DNA of 63,082 bases, counting the filler, from Pelomyxa schiedti (lineage: Eukaryota > Protista > Evosea), in the NCBI GenBank assembly GCA_020536535.1. It is 7 parts of 7 records of this genome, joined end to end, with 100 filler letters (N's around TTAATTAATTAA, not from the genome) between each part and the next. Parts side by side here need not be neighbours in the genome. Positions count along the whole stretch, not along the records: positions 36,191 to 43,599 come from JAHLWZ010001359.1; positions 43,700 to 59,630 come from JAHLWZ010000212.1; 5 more parts are not named here. One strand, 5' to 3'. Shown here in pieces: positions 39,232 to 50,972 of the stretch. A model generated the notes under the pieces. That model saw only the letters and a program-made list of their open reading frames with translations. It was not told the origin of the DNA and did not search any database. Numbering within the stretch: the stretch's first letter is position 1; each line of letters starts with the position of its first letter. Made by a program: the position numbers and the translations under genes.

Positions 39232-39255
39232 TGGAGGGTCAGTGAAGAGGGAGAA

Positions 39256-39328
39256 GGTTTCGTAGTGCAACTGGTAGCACGTAAGTTTTACACACTTGAG
39301 GTCCTGGGATCGACACCCAGCGAAACCA
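39256..39328 (+). tRNA. tRNA-Val(TAC)
   Basis: Cloverleaf: GGTTTCG/CGAAACC acceptor, GTGC/GCAC D-stem, TAAGT/ACTTG anticodon stem with loop TT-TAC-AC, CTGGG/CCCAG T-stem, discriminator A, followed by an oligo-T Pol III terminator. Confidence 0.93.
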
Positions 39329-39450
39329 TTTTTTTCCTTATTGTTTTGATACCTGAGTGGAATAAAATAATCAACAGACGCTGTACTTTTCGTTATCGTC
39401 GCTCAGCTGATCCAGGATCGGCGGTCTGGTGTTTTTTTTTATTCAGCCAG

Positions 39451-40249
39451 ATGAGTGCTGGGTGTGAGGCTGGTGTGTCTATTATCGGCGAACGTTGCTG
39501 CCACGAATGAATACAAACACAACAAAACAGAAACAGACAAACAACCAGCTGGTGGTGATCCACGAGTTCGTTGCTTGATGGTGTGCTTTTTTTTTTCCCC
39601 CAACCAACAAACAAACAACAACAGAATGAACTATTTTCTACATTACGCTTCACTTGAAAGATCTAACTGTAACCAAACAACAATACACACAAGTTGGGTT
39701 TGGACGGTTCTGGAAAAACCACTCTTCTTTACCGCCAAAAGATCTGTGAATTTATCACTACCATTCCCACAGCTGGATTAAATGAGGAGACCATTATGCA
39801 CAAGAACCGCGAATTTAAACTTCGGGATGTTGGTGGCAAAGCCGAAATCAGGACTCTGTGGTGCAATGTATGTACATACATTGTACACACATGTACCACA
39901 CAACACAATCCGTCAATAAACCTAAAAAAAGTACTAACTTTTAATTATTCACTAGTTCTTCTATGGCACTCAAGTTCTCATCTGGGTTGTTGATGCACAT
40001 GACCGCGAGAGAATGGAGGAATCACGCGTCGAGCTTCAAAGAGCTGTTGCTGATGAGGATCTACGTGATGCCCTTGTGCTGATACTCGCAAACAAGCAAG
40101 ACTTGCCAGGCAGTGTGAACAAGGATGAGCTCGCTGTTCTACTAGAAATGCACCGACTCGGAAACAGGAAGTGGTTCATTCAACAAACCTCTGCAATTTC
40201 CGGAACCGGAGTCGCTGAGGGCCTGGACTGGGTTTACTCCAATTTGTAA
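39451..40249 (+). CDS. Divergent ADP-ribosylation factor (Arf) paralog 1; multi-exon
   Basis: [63 protein letters not shown]. Confidence 0.88.
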
Positions 40250-40342
40250 CAACCACGGTTCTCCACATTTTATCCCGCAATATTTTGGTAAATTAATGTT
40301 TGTAAAATCAAGCCTCGATTTCACAGAAAAAGGCAAGTCAAG

Positions 40343-41176
40343 ATGAGCGCAGGGGAGCTGAGTGCTGGGTCTGAGGCTGGTGTGCATAATCGTAGACTAA
40401 ACAACACTAACATGACAAACAAAAAAGACAAACAACAAGCTGGCGGCGATACGTCAGTTCGTGTTTTGATGGTGTGTCTATTCTTTGTTTACTTTTTTCC
40501 CCAACCAACAAACACCCCAAACCTGCTGTTCGCGGTTTATTGTATCTATATCTACATTAAGGCGCTTCTCTTTACAAATATGCTCTAACTGAACCAATAA
40601 CAAACAAAACATCAAAGTTGGGTCTGGACCTATCCGGAAAAACCACTCTTCTTTACCGCCACAAGCTCGGTGAATTGGTCACGACCATTCCCACAATTGG
40701 ATTTAACGTGGAGACAATTCCGCACAAGAACCGCGAGTTTAATATCTGGGATGTTGGTGGTCAGGACAAAATCAGGCCTCTGTGGCGCCATGTATGTATC
40801 CAAAACTCCCGCAACACAAACCGCAATGGAGCCAAAAAAAAACAAACTCCACTCCAAATTAGTTCTAATTTTAATCATACAGTACGTTGCTGGCACTCAA
40901 GTTCTCATCTGGGTTGTTGATCCGCATGACCGCGAGAGAATGGAGGAATCACGCGTCGAGCTTCAAAGAGTTCTTGACTTGGAGGATCTACGTGATGCCC
41001 TTGTGCTGATACTCGCAAACAAGCAAGACTTGCCAGGCGGTGTGAACAAGGATGAGCTCGCCGACATGCTCGGAATGCACAGATACAAAAACAGGAAGTG
41101 GATCATTCAACCCACATCTGCAGTTTCCGGAACCGGAGTCACTGAGGGCCTGGACTGGGTTTACTCCAATTTGTAA
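40343..41176 (+). CDS. ADP-ribosylation factor (Arf) paralog 2; multi-exon
   Basis: [56 protein letters not shown]. Confidence 0.92.
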
Positions 41177-41358
41177 TTGCATAAAATAATCAACGGACCG
41201 GAACCTAGTCATTTTCGTTGTCGGGACTTGGGGTAAAATGCCAAAACGACTGTTTTGTGGGGAGTCACAGTTTGGAAGTGGTGAGTCGCAGTATGGCCCA
41301 CAAAAAAAAACACCTAGAAAACACCGAGAAAAACGACGCGTCTTGAAAAAAATTGAAA

Positions 41359-42675
41359 AATGAACAGCGAAACAGACAGAAGGTGACGTTCGAGCCACTC
41401 GTTGACGCACGGTCTCAATTTATGACTCTGTGGTGCGGTGTGACGGTCGCAAGGTGCACCAGCAGAAACAACGGCACACCGCTTCGTGTTCTGTCGGGCA
41501 ACCCAAACGTGGTGGCCGACGAACTGGGAAAGAAGTGGGTGGTGTGTTGGTGCAGGACTGTGGCTGTCACTGTTCACCTCTGTGGCACTGATGAGGCCGT
41601 GTACGGCGTGGGTGATGGGACCGGTTTCGTTCATGGGGGAGCGAGGAGGTCAGGGGTCGATGTGTGCATGGGTCTGTCGCCGACCCTCGGGGTTGTGTGG
41701 GCGAGGTGGCATGACTCTGTGGCAACCAGCATCCCTTGTTGCATCCCTGGGACCAGGTCATATGTTGTGAGCACAAACGACGTGGTGGAGGAGGGTTCTG
41801 TCAGTGCAATAAATGCTGTTGAAGTAAGGCGTGGTCCTGCTGTTGGTGGTTGTGGTGATGACAGCGACTGTGGGTCAAGTGGGCCATGTGAGCCCCTGGT
41901 GCGATTGATTGGCAACAGCCTGCCAGCAGTGTGCCCTCCGTGTTACAGGTGCAACAGCAAGTGGATGGTGCTGGTTGGTTCCTCACACCTTGTGATTTGG
42001 AGGATTGAAAACCGCGCATCCGTTGGCAGCCGCAATGTGCCTTGGGGAGATGGTATCTGGGGATTCCCAGTTGGGGCCAGGTTCCCTCCGTTTGACCCGC
42101 CAGATGGTGATGTGCTTGCAGTTATTGCACAGGATGCCGAGTGCATTTTATCGGATAATATTGACTGTGCGTGCTTTGTTGACCTGGAAGCGAGCTATAC
42201 AAGCTGTTCCTTGCATGTCTTGAGGAAGGTGACCTTGCGGCTACATCCCACCGACATATTGTGGGCATCACCAAGCGAAATTCTCTCCATCCATTATGGC
42301 CAGGAGATTAGACAACAAGTTGGCAGACGCACTTCCAGAGTGATCTTCAACACAGGCCCATCACACGTGATTGCCGTGAGACAGCACGAGCGCCCCACTG
42401 TGGATAGAACAGACCTCCGCCGTGTCTCTGAGGTGTTCAGAACCTCTGATTTGTACACACCCTGCAACGTGAACGTGGACTCGCATCCAATTTTTTCAGC
42501 AGACATGAGCGATTGCGGAGTTTACATCTCTGTGGCGCCATTGTTGTCAAATGGAGGGAAGTGCATCAGGCACACAATCAAGGACACAGTAACTGGGTGT
42601 CAACTGGCGGCTGTTACACACAGCCACACTACTCCCGCGTCGACAAGCCAAGTTTCACCTTGCTTCCTCATGTAA
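41359..42675 (+). CDS. Lineage-specific hypothetical protein ('ARxQF' family), intronless
   Basis: ORF of about 440 aa with VDARSQFMTLW, MGLSPTLGVV and CNSKWMV. Confidence 0.65.
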   Translation, partial: NEQRNRQKVTFEPLVDARSQFMTLWCGVTVARCTSRNNGTPLRVLSGNPNVVADELGKKWVVCWCRTVAVTVHLCGTDEAVYGVGDGTGFVHGGARRSGVDVCMGLSPTLGVVWARWHDSVATSIPCCIPGTRSYVVSTNDVVEEGSVSAINAVEVRRGPAVGGCGDDSDCGSSGPCEPLVRLIGNSLPAVCPPCYRCNSKWMVLVGSSHLVIWRIENRASVGSRNVPWGDGIWGFPVGARFPPFDPPDGDVLAVIAQDAECILSDNIDCACFVDLEASYTSCSLHVLRKVTLRLHPTDILWASPSEILSIHYGQEIRQQVGRRTSRVIFNTGPSHVIAVRQHERPTVDRTDLRRVSEVFRTSDLYTPCNVNVDSHPIFSADMSDCGVYISVAPLLSNGGKCIRHTIKDTVTGCQLAAVTHSHTTPASTSQVSPCFLM

Positions 42676-42761
42676 TTTTAAAATCACAATCAGAAACACA
42701 CTTTGGTGTTAGTGGAACTGTTTCAAAAAAAACAAAAAAAAACAAGGACACGTGCCACCCC

Positions 42762-43599
42762 ATGGGACATAACCACTCGTCTCAACCGCGACAACGGGGC
42801 TCCCAACATGAAAGAAAACCACAAACAAAAACCGCACCGCCTGCGACGCCAACAACGGCAACATCACAGGTCATGGCCATCATTTGCGCGCCAATCACCG
42901 AAATAAGAAGAACAACAACCAGCAGCAGCAGCAAAAACAACAACAACAACAACGACAACGACGACGCCGACGAGGTCGGGGCAACGACACCACCAGCAGC
43001 TGCTGCCGCTCATCCCATCATCCATTCCGTCGGGCGACCACCACCGCCGCCGTCGATGGTGAAGTGGATACTTTCGACGGCTGTGTTCAGGGCGTGGGCT
43101 GAGGAATGGGTCCTCGCGCCGTCGGAAGAGGCTGTGTTCAGGCTCCCAATCTTGGCCCACTTCTTGTTTGTGAGCGTGTCACCGACACTGGGGATCGTCA
43201 GGCACTCTTGGTTCAACACCCCATGTGCTGTGATTGGCTCTGTCGGAAACAACAGGATACTGTATCAGTCGCTCTTCATCAGTGAATCTCCTCTGAATGA
43301 ATATGCCATTGAAGAAGTGGGTGGCGCTGACGGAGAGGCACTGAAGAGGGTTTCGTCACTGGAGACCCCATGCCATCCAATGTATTGCAACAGGAAGTGG
43401 GTTGTGGGGATGAACAGTGGGAGATTGCATGTGTGGCAGGTCGTTGCTGGAGTTGGAGGTGACGCATCGTCATCTTCGTCGTCATCAGGGATGATGTCTG
43501 AGTGGTATTTTGAATGGGTCCTGCTTGGATTCCTTGTCTGTGCCCACTTTTCATCATTCAGTGATGACGTTTTTCTGGTGTTTGAATCGCGGGTGACAG
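42762..43599 (+). CDS. Lineage-specific hypothetical protein, same family, 3' truncated
   Basis: ATSQVMAII, FVSVSPTLGIV and CNRKWVV are shared with the neighbouring gene. Confidence 0.55.
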
Positions 43600-46500
43600 N
43601 NNNNNNNNNNNNNNNNNNNNNNNNNNNNNNNNNNNNNNNNNNNTTAATTAATTAANNNNNNNNNNNNNNNNNNNNNNNNNNNNNNNNNNNNNNNNNNNNC
43701 AGTATTGCTAAAACACCACCGTTTTTCTCCATTTTGACAGAGATCTGGATGTGGGCAGAATCAAAGATCGGGAGAGGGACATTCTGCATGTGGGGTGGCG
43801 TAACGACCCGGCCGTCTGGGATAAACTCCGTCAGGGCAGTCGGTGCCTCGAGGGAATCAGCCCTCAGATCTGGCAAGATGCTTGAATCGGTAAAGTGCCC
43901 ATCGTGCTCACAGCGACCAACATCGAGGGTGTGTATGATGGCATCTCTCGGTGTCATGCTGGAGGTACGTTTTCCCTGTGCATTTTGATTATTTGGTGCC
44001 AAATTCACAACCCTTACTGGCGGCGCCGCCGGTAAAGCACTTTGGCAATTTACCTGTCACTTTTATTTTTTTGTGTGTGTGATCCCCGGTTCATCTTACT
44101 GGCGGTGCCGCCGGTAAGCTTTGAAACTGTGGGTGGCAAAATGCGATTATGCTCACCCAAACCTCCCCTTTTCCACGGCACCCAGATTGTCTCTCTGTGG
44201 CAGAGAAAGCATTGCTTGATGCTATCCACGGTGGCAATGCACAATGGTCCCAAACCCAATGCCCCAGCTCCGCCACTACATCTTCATCTTTACTTCCAGC
44301 TGTTTTCACAGCAGCAACTTTGCATTTGGTCTCACAGAGTCTCCCAGCAGTTTAAAGTCGCCAAACACTTGTGTTGCAGTCTCTCCGTGCCAAGCTTGAG
44401 GAAGTTGACAGTACACAAATGATCCAGTAAGTGTGCTGCCACATTCCCACGTTTTTTCTTATAACCCCTTTCAGAACAATTCCCGAATTTGTCACTGTTG
44501 TGGCCTTACCTTACTCCGCGTTGCAGCAAGGGCACAGCACCGCTGATGATGGCAAAATTGCTCAAATGAAGCAGTCTGTTACAAGGAATATGTTGCAGTA
44601 CCCATTCCCAGAGCGGAACCTCAAGTGTTTTATGGATGTGATGGCCAAAGCACCAGATGTACTGGGGCACAAGCGTGCTGCAAAATCATCTCCAACTGCT
44701 GAAAGTGTTGCCATTGAACTTGAGGCTCTCAATGTACACCAGAACTCCCACCCACATTGAGTTTCAGCACTCGACAGACCACCGGAAAAGCAATAATTAC
44801 TGTCAAAAAGCTGCAACATTCTTCAGGATTGATTGAACCACTTAAGCAATGTTCAGCCCAGGCTGACAAATCTCTCTCTCTACACAACTTTTCACAGGAG
44901 ACATACTTCTCCAAAAGTGTGCTCTTCCATGGGACCTGATTGTAGCATACCTCAAGTTTGTTTCTCCCAAGTTTAGCTTTCATGACTGACATACCTTTCA
45001 GCTGGATTTGTGCTCAGGATGGGAAAGTAGCAACCTCTAAGGCATGGGAGAGTCTTGAGGATCTTGAATCTCAGGTTGGTGGGGGTACATCCCTGCAAAA
45101 GGGGCTGAAGACCTTGCACAAAAGGAAGAGACCACAAAGGAGAGCAGGTTTCCTTTTGCTATGATGCATATGATGATGCAGTCAGAGATGAATCACAAGT
45201 TCTGCCTCTCATTGAGAGGTACCTCTCTTTCCTTTGCAAGAAGTCTGAAGGAACTAGGGGAACTAGTTTTCTGAAAAAACTTGAAGATCAGGAGAAGGGA
45301 AACAACTTAATTGCCTATGGGGAGGTTATAACCTACTATTAGTAATGCTATTCTGAGGGCCTTGCTTCTTTGGATAATTTTTTAACAACCTGCGTTTTTA
45401 CATGACCCACTCAGAATCTCATCACCTCAAAACAGCCAAGTGACGAGTTGCCACTGTTCAATTCTATTGTCATCTAAGCTTTGAGAAGAACTTCCACATC
45501 TTTCCAAGCAAACATAATGCAAGTGGAAGTGGATCTGCTGAGAATGGGACATTACTTGCATCAAGAGTGCCACCAATGCTGAGGTTGTATGTCAACACAT
45601 GGACTTGTCTACTCTCCAAATTAAATCTAGTTCTTGGTTTTAATGTGTGTGCTCTGGCTCTCTGAGACAACATCAGCTATTTGGGAATTGAACCTCCTTG
45701 GCTGCTGATCAGAGGAGATACCTGAGACAAACATTGATTCACAAGGTATGATAACTGGAAGTTCCACGGTGGAAAAGGCATTCAGTAACACAGCACTTGG
45801 TTCAGACTGATGGGTTCCGTTTCTACAATTGTAGCGCATGAAAGAAACACTTTTTCAATAGAATCATGAACAGAGGCTCAACAGACATGGCAACAGTTGC
45901 AACCTCAGCAGCTTTTGACTGCAGTCATACAGTACCAAGCTTGACCTACGCACACCCTGAGGAGGAATCTACACATTCTCAAACTTCAGCAACCCAGATT
46001 ATCTTACTGGCACCCCAGCCCTTGTCCCAACTCCCACAACCTCTCAAGCTGATTGGCCTTCATCCCACTCAAGCATCCCACAAGAGATATAGCCACTGCA
46101 ACTCTGGTACCTCCTGAGAGCACTCCAACAAGTACTTCAGCATTCATGACACAAGCACCACATGAACCCTTGATGAAGAGTGTACATCAAATAGTGCTGA
46201 ACCCCAAGGTAAATCTTTCAGTTGGCATTTTGATTTTAAATCATTAATCACAGATCATCAGTCCTCTTCAGAGTCAGACCAAGATAGCTCCCCCAGTGCC
46301 CCTAAGCATGCTTCTGACTCGTCTTGTGGGCAAGAAGCAAGTGACAGTGAATCAGACTCTCCCACCCAAGTGGCAGCCCATAAGCAATCTAAAGCTCCAC
46401 AAGAAAAGCATGGTGGAAAAGGAAAACAACCACTGCCCAGTAGGGGGTCACCCAAGTACCAGTCCCAGTCCTGCCCCCCAAAGCAAAGGAAAAGCCCCCC

Positions 46501-46736
46501 AAAAAAGGAAAAAAACACTGATTCTTTTTATTTTGAAAAGCCAGACTAGCAGGCAAAAGCCTGCTTGTGGTGGCATTGCCTTATTTCTCAGAAAAAAAAA
46601 ACACAAAGTGCGCCCAGCGCAGTTCGAAACTGTGCCGACCCAAAAAATGGTCGGCGCACTTTGTGTTTTACAGAGCAATTTTCCTGTGGTTCAAAGTGCG
46701 CCACTGTGCGCCAGTTATGACCAGTGACACTGTGGG

Positions 46737-49172
46737 TCAGGGTATTTGAATTTTAGTTCTGATCACGACCCGGCAGTGGGGGCACTTCCTCACAGCTGCA
46801 GCACACTACACCAGGTTTTGTGTGTTATCAGCAAACACAAAAGGATAAAAGAAAACACACGGACCTGAGAGCATAACACCAGGTGTCCACAAGGCTGCAA
46901 CTGCACATTTGATGGCCTCTCGTCACATTCAATGCACATCATCACAGTCCCTCCTGTGGGCGTGCTGCTGGACATCCATTGTTGTTGCTGGTCCTGTTGG
47001 TTGTCATGACAACCTGAATGGGATTGTGCTGCAACAGAGGCAGTGAACCCTGGTTGTAGTGACATTGTTGGATTTATGCCAGGTGTGGTTGAGGTGCACT
47101 TGGAAACCATGACATCCATGACTGACTGTTGAGCATGAGGGAGCAACTCAGAGAGTTGAGACCACACATCAGGGTGCGTCATGAACTGCTCCTCACCCTC
47201 AAGACCACGCATAACCATGTACTTGCACTTGTGTGCCTCTTTGAGCCCCTGGCATGTTGAAAGGAGATCATCAATTTCCTTGTGGAGCCTCTGACCCAGT
47301 GCCGCCTGTGTGCTGCACTCCTTGTATAGCACTGTGTGCTGCTCAATGACCTTGAGGCAGTTGTCGAAGTCGTTGGATCCTCTGTGAGTCAGTAATACAA
47401 CTGTGTCAGTGAGCTCTCGCAACAGTAACGGGAAAGGGTTGGTGGAGGGTGGAGGAGGTTCCAGAGATTTCAGAAGCAACCAAGGTTTGAGAGTCATTAT
47501 GTTGTTGATGTCTGTGTGTGCGTTTGGTTCTATCAGTGGAAGAATGGATAATACAGGTTTACATTTTACCTTGGGATGGGACTGCTAGTGTTCCTTGTTC
47601 TTCTTTATTGCCTGACAACAAAGGCTTGATTCCAAGAAGCTTCTTCGTCAGTGATGAGATGTTCCTGAAGCACTGCTGTATCTCTGGCTCACTGCTCTCC
47701 ACTGTCAGTGTCTGTCCAAGAATCTCCTTGCGCCTCCTGTCTGACCCCTCAACTACCTTTTCAAGTGTTTCTCTCAGATTTGAAAGGTTTCGCAAGTGAA
47801 CGTCAAGTGATTGGTTGCTTTTTGCGGTGCTCTCAAGGATCTGTTTCAGTGCTGAAACAGATTGCTCCAGCGAGACCAACAGAGGTGCTGCTTTTTTCAA
47901 CTGTGATCGTAACCTGGTGGTAACCCTGAATGCTGTAGACAACTCGCAAAGTGCCTCTGATCGTGTTTGTTGTTGATCTGTTTCATTTGCACAGCCATTG
48001 TGGAGAAGTCCGTCACCTTCATCCTCTTCAATTTGCTTGGTTTCGAGTTCCTGTTTGTTGTTGTGACAAGGTTAGAGAGCAGTAAAAAATACCTTGATAA
48101 GTTGGCTGTGGTGCCACCATGGCAGTGACGATCCCATCACGTGCAAAGCAGCACCATCAACTCCGTGGAATGTGTTGCCTCTCAGGCTCCCCTTCAACTG
48201 GCTGTTTTCCCCCCCAGTCATCAAACAGCTTCCATCCCCGGAGGACAGTGGTAAGAGTGACGATAGTGAGAGGGATGAGGGTGACAGAACCCCCTCCCCG
48301 TGGTATATCCTCGTTTCACCATCTCGTTGTTCTGTGAATATACCGGTGAACTTGTCCCCGTTTGGCCACTCCATTGTGCCGTTGACAGGGACACCCCTTT
48401 CCCACACACCAGTGAATGATGATCCATCCCACCTCTTCGTCCCAGGCCCATGCTCCATGCCATCCTCCCAGTTGCCCTGATACCTGTCACCGTTTGCCCA
48501 CACCCTCACACCCTCCCCATGAAACTTGTGGTTTTTCATCTCACCCACGTAGCTCCCCCCTTGGTCGGAGAGGTGGCTCCTGTTGTCACCAATGAGCATT
48601 CTTCCTGTTCCACACATCGCACCGTGAACCCACTCACCACAATAGATCGTGCCTGTGTCTTGTGCCCTCCACGTCCCATTCCCGTGGCTCTGCCCGTTGT
48701 TCCACTCACCCTCATACACTGTAACCACCACCGCTTTGTCGCCCTTGGTAATCCTCTTCCTCCACACTCCCAACCCTTGTAGATTGTGGCATTTTGCAGC
48801 GTCGTCCCACACCCACTCACCCTCCAGAACATCGACTGCATTTCTGTGGTGCCACGTTCCCTTGCTACAGTACCCACTGCGCCACAGCCCCTCAAACCAC
48901 CCATAGTACGGCCCCCCATCCCACACACCCCACCCATCCTGGTCCCCATTCTGCCACTCCCCGTCGTATGTGGTGCCGTCTGGCCACGTGTACACCCCCC
49001 GCCCATTCGGAAAGTTGTCACTCCACATGCCGTCGTATGTGTGCTGGCCATCAGGCTCCTGCCACATTAACGTGCCCCTGCCATCTCGCTCGTTGTCGAC
49101 GAGACGCCCTGTGTAAACACCATCGGGTTGCTCCTCGTCATACACAAAGTCGATAGGAACTACAGCAGACAT
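46737..49172 (-). CDS. MORN-repeat, coiled-coil, RING (C3HC4) protein; putative E3 ligase
   Basis: MORN repeats (YTGRLVDNERDGRG, YDGEWQNGDQDGWG, YQGNWEDGMEHGPG); spliced RING CIECDERPSNVQLQPCGHLVLCSQ/CAAAVRKCPHCR. Confidence 0.85.
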
Positions 49173-49518
49173 ATGTAGCAACGTGCGTTTGTTTCCAGGT
49201 GAATAAAAAAAAATTACTTTTCTGGTCTGTTGACGTGCCGTAGCACCACGTGCTAAGGTGCGTGCACCAACAAGGTACAGGTCCAACCCCTGTGGGTCCG
49301 TCACCCCTCATCCCACAGCACCTCAAAGTGCCTTATGGGTGGCTAGACCAGCGCAAAAATCAACTGAATAATGGCAAGTGGGTTGAACTCAATTTTTGTT
49401 CATATCTAGACATAGTTAGAACAAGCTGATGCTGCGTGTGATGAAGTCTGATGATCTGTTACAATCAATCAAAATAAATATTTTTGTTCCCTCTTCGCTC
49501 GCAGAAATAAAGAGAGCC

Positions 49519-49857
49519 TCACACAGGAAAAATAGAAAGGACACAGACCTGGGAGCACAGGACAACGTGTCCACAAGGCTGCAACTGCGCGTCTGGTGGT
49601 CTCTCCTCACATTCCATGCAAACTGATGATGAAAGCGAGGCCGTCAACCCATGGGATGATAAAGATGATGTGGCAGTGCATCCTGGAAGCGTCATTCCTG
49701 CTGCTGTTGTCATTGATGACCTTGGTTGTTGTTGCTGGCTGGAACAGGTATTGTCGTGGTGAAAACCATAAGAGAAGGCTAAAGAGGCAGAAGATGATGT
49801 TGCCTTGGAAAGGCTCAACTCCACGATGGCTTGTTGGGGCCTCACAGAGGCGGACAA
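49519..49857 (-). pseudogene. Isolated C-terminal fragment (partial RING) of the MORN-CC-RING family
   Basis: PQQAIVELSLSKATSSSAS...CMECEERPPDAQLQPCGHVVLCSQ is very similar to 56060-56330; no N-terminal part. Confidence 0.6.
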
Positions 49858-50972
49858 AGGAATAATTGCGAATCAGTGAATCAGTGGTAGTACAAAGGTG
49901 TGGCACCCACACACAACGCATCAACAACTAATGCAACGTATCATTCAAGGGGCACCACCACCTCTGTTCTTGCTCATGGACGTCCTGGAACAAAAGTGCT
50001 AGATTGCTCCAGTTCTCCCGTTGTTGAGTCGAAGATGGTTTGGCGAAAATACAACATGTTCGCTTCTCAAACAATAGGTACGATTTGAAAATGACTCATA
50101 ATTCTCAGCAATTTCATTGCTTGGCGAACTTATGCAAATCTGCTCTTTCTGAATTAGATTTTTTGCAGCTGATAAGTGTGCACAGAGACAGAGTGCAAAC
50201 AACACACCAGGTTAGCATTCCTCACTCATCCAGATATTTAAATCGTGGAGTGATATTCAATAACCCCACAATAACCTCACATGCTTTTTAAAACGCAAGT
50301 ACAATCCAAAACACCTCACAAACCACTGAATACACCTATTGGAAATGGAGCAAAATGAGTCTGCGTAGCTTGCTTATGGGCTTGAAGATTTCTGAGCTTC
50401 ATACAATTTAAATATCTGTTCGTATCTATCTCTAGCACTACCGGCGGTTCTCTGAACGCTTGACAGATGACTTGTATGCACAACTTTCCTCATTTACATG
50501 CTAATATCTTGTTGCGAGATGCAGCGTCCGGTTCAATGCCGGAAATATTTACTCCAAAGGTCAGTGGGAAAAGATACCACTATGGCTTGAAGATTTCCGA
50601 GCATCAAATTTGCGTATATAGCTACATTACCGAGCTTTTATGAATGCTTGTCCGATGTATGGATGAGTGTCATCGTTTACATGCTAATCTCTCATAGCAA
50701 GATGCATGCATCCAAGCAAGATGCATGCATCCAAGTTCCGCTGCAATGCCGGAAATATTTCCACCAAAGTGCCGGGGAGACTGGCCCTATCACCTCGGTA
50801 ATGTCATCACGAAACCACCACCACCCTGCTGGAATCTCTCACGCCCCCACTATGCCAAAAGTATCTCCTCATTACTATGCGTCAGTATGTAGTTGCGCAG
50901 GAGATTAACAGAAGATTGAGACACTGATCTCTTCTGCTTGCGTGATCATCACCTGGAACAAAAGAAAAGGAG

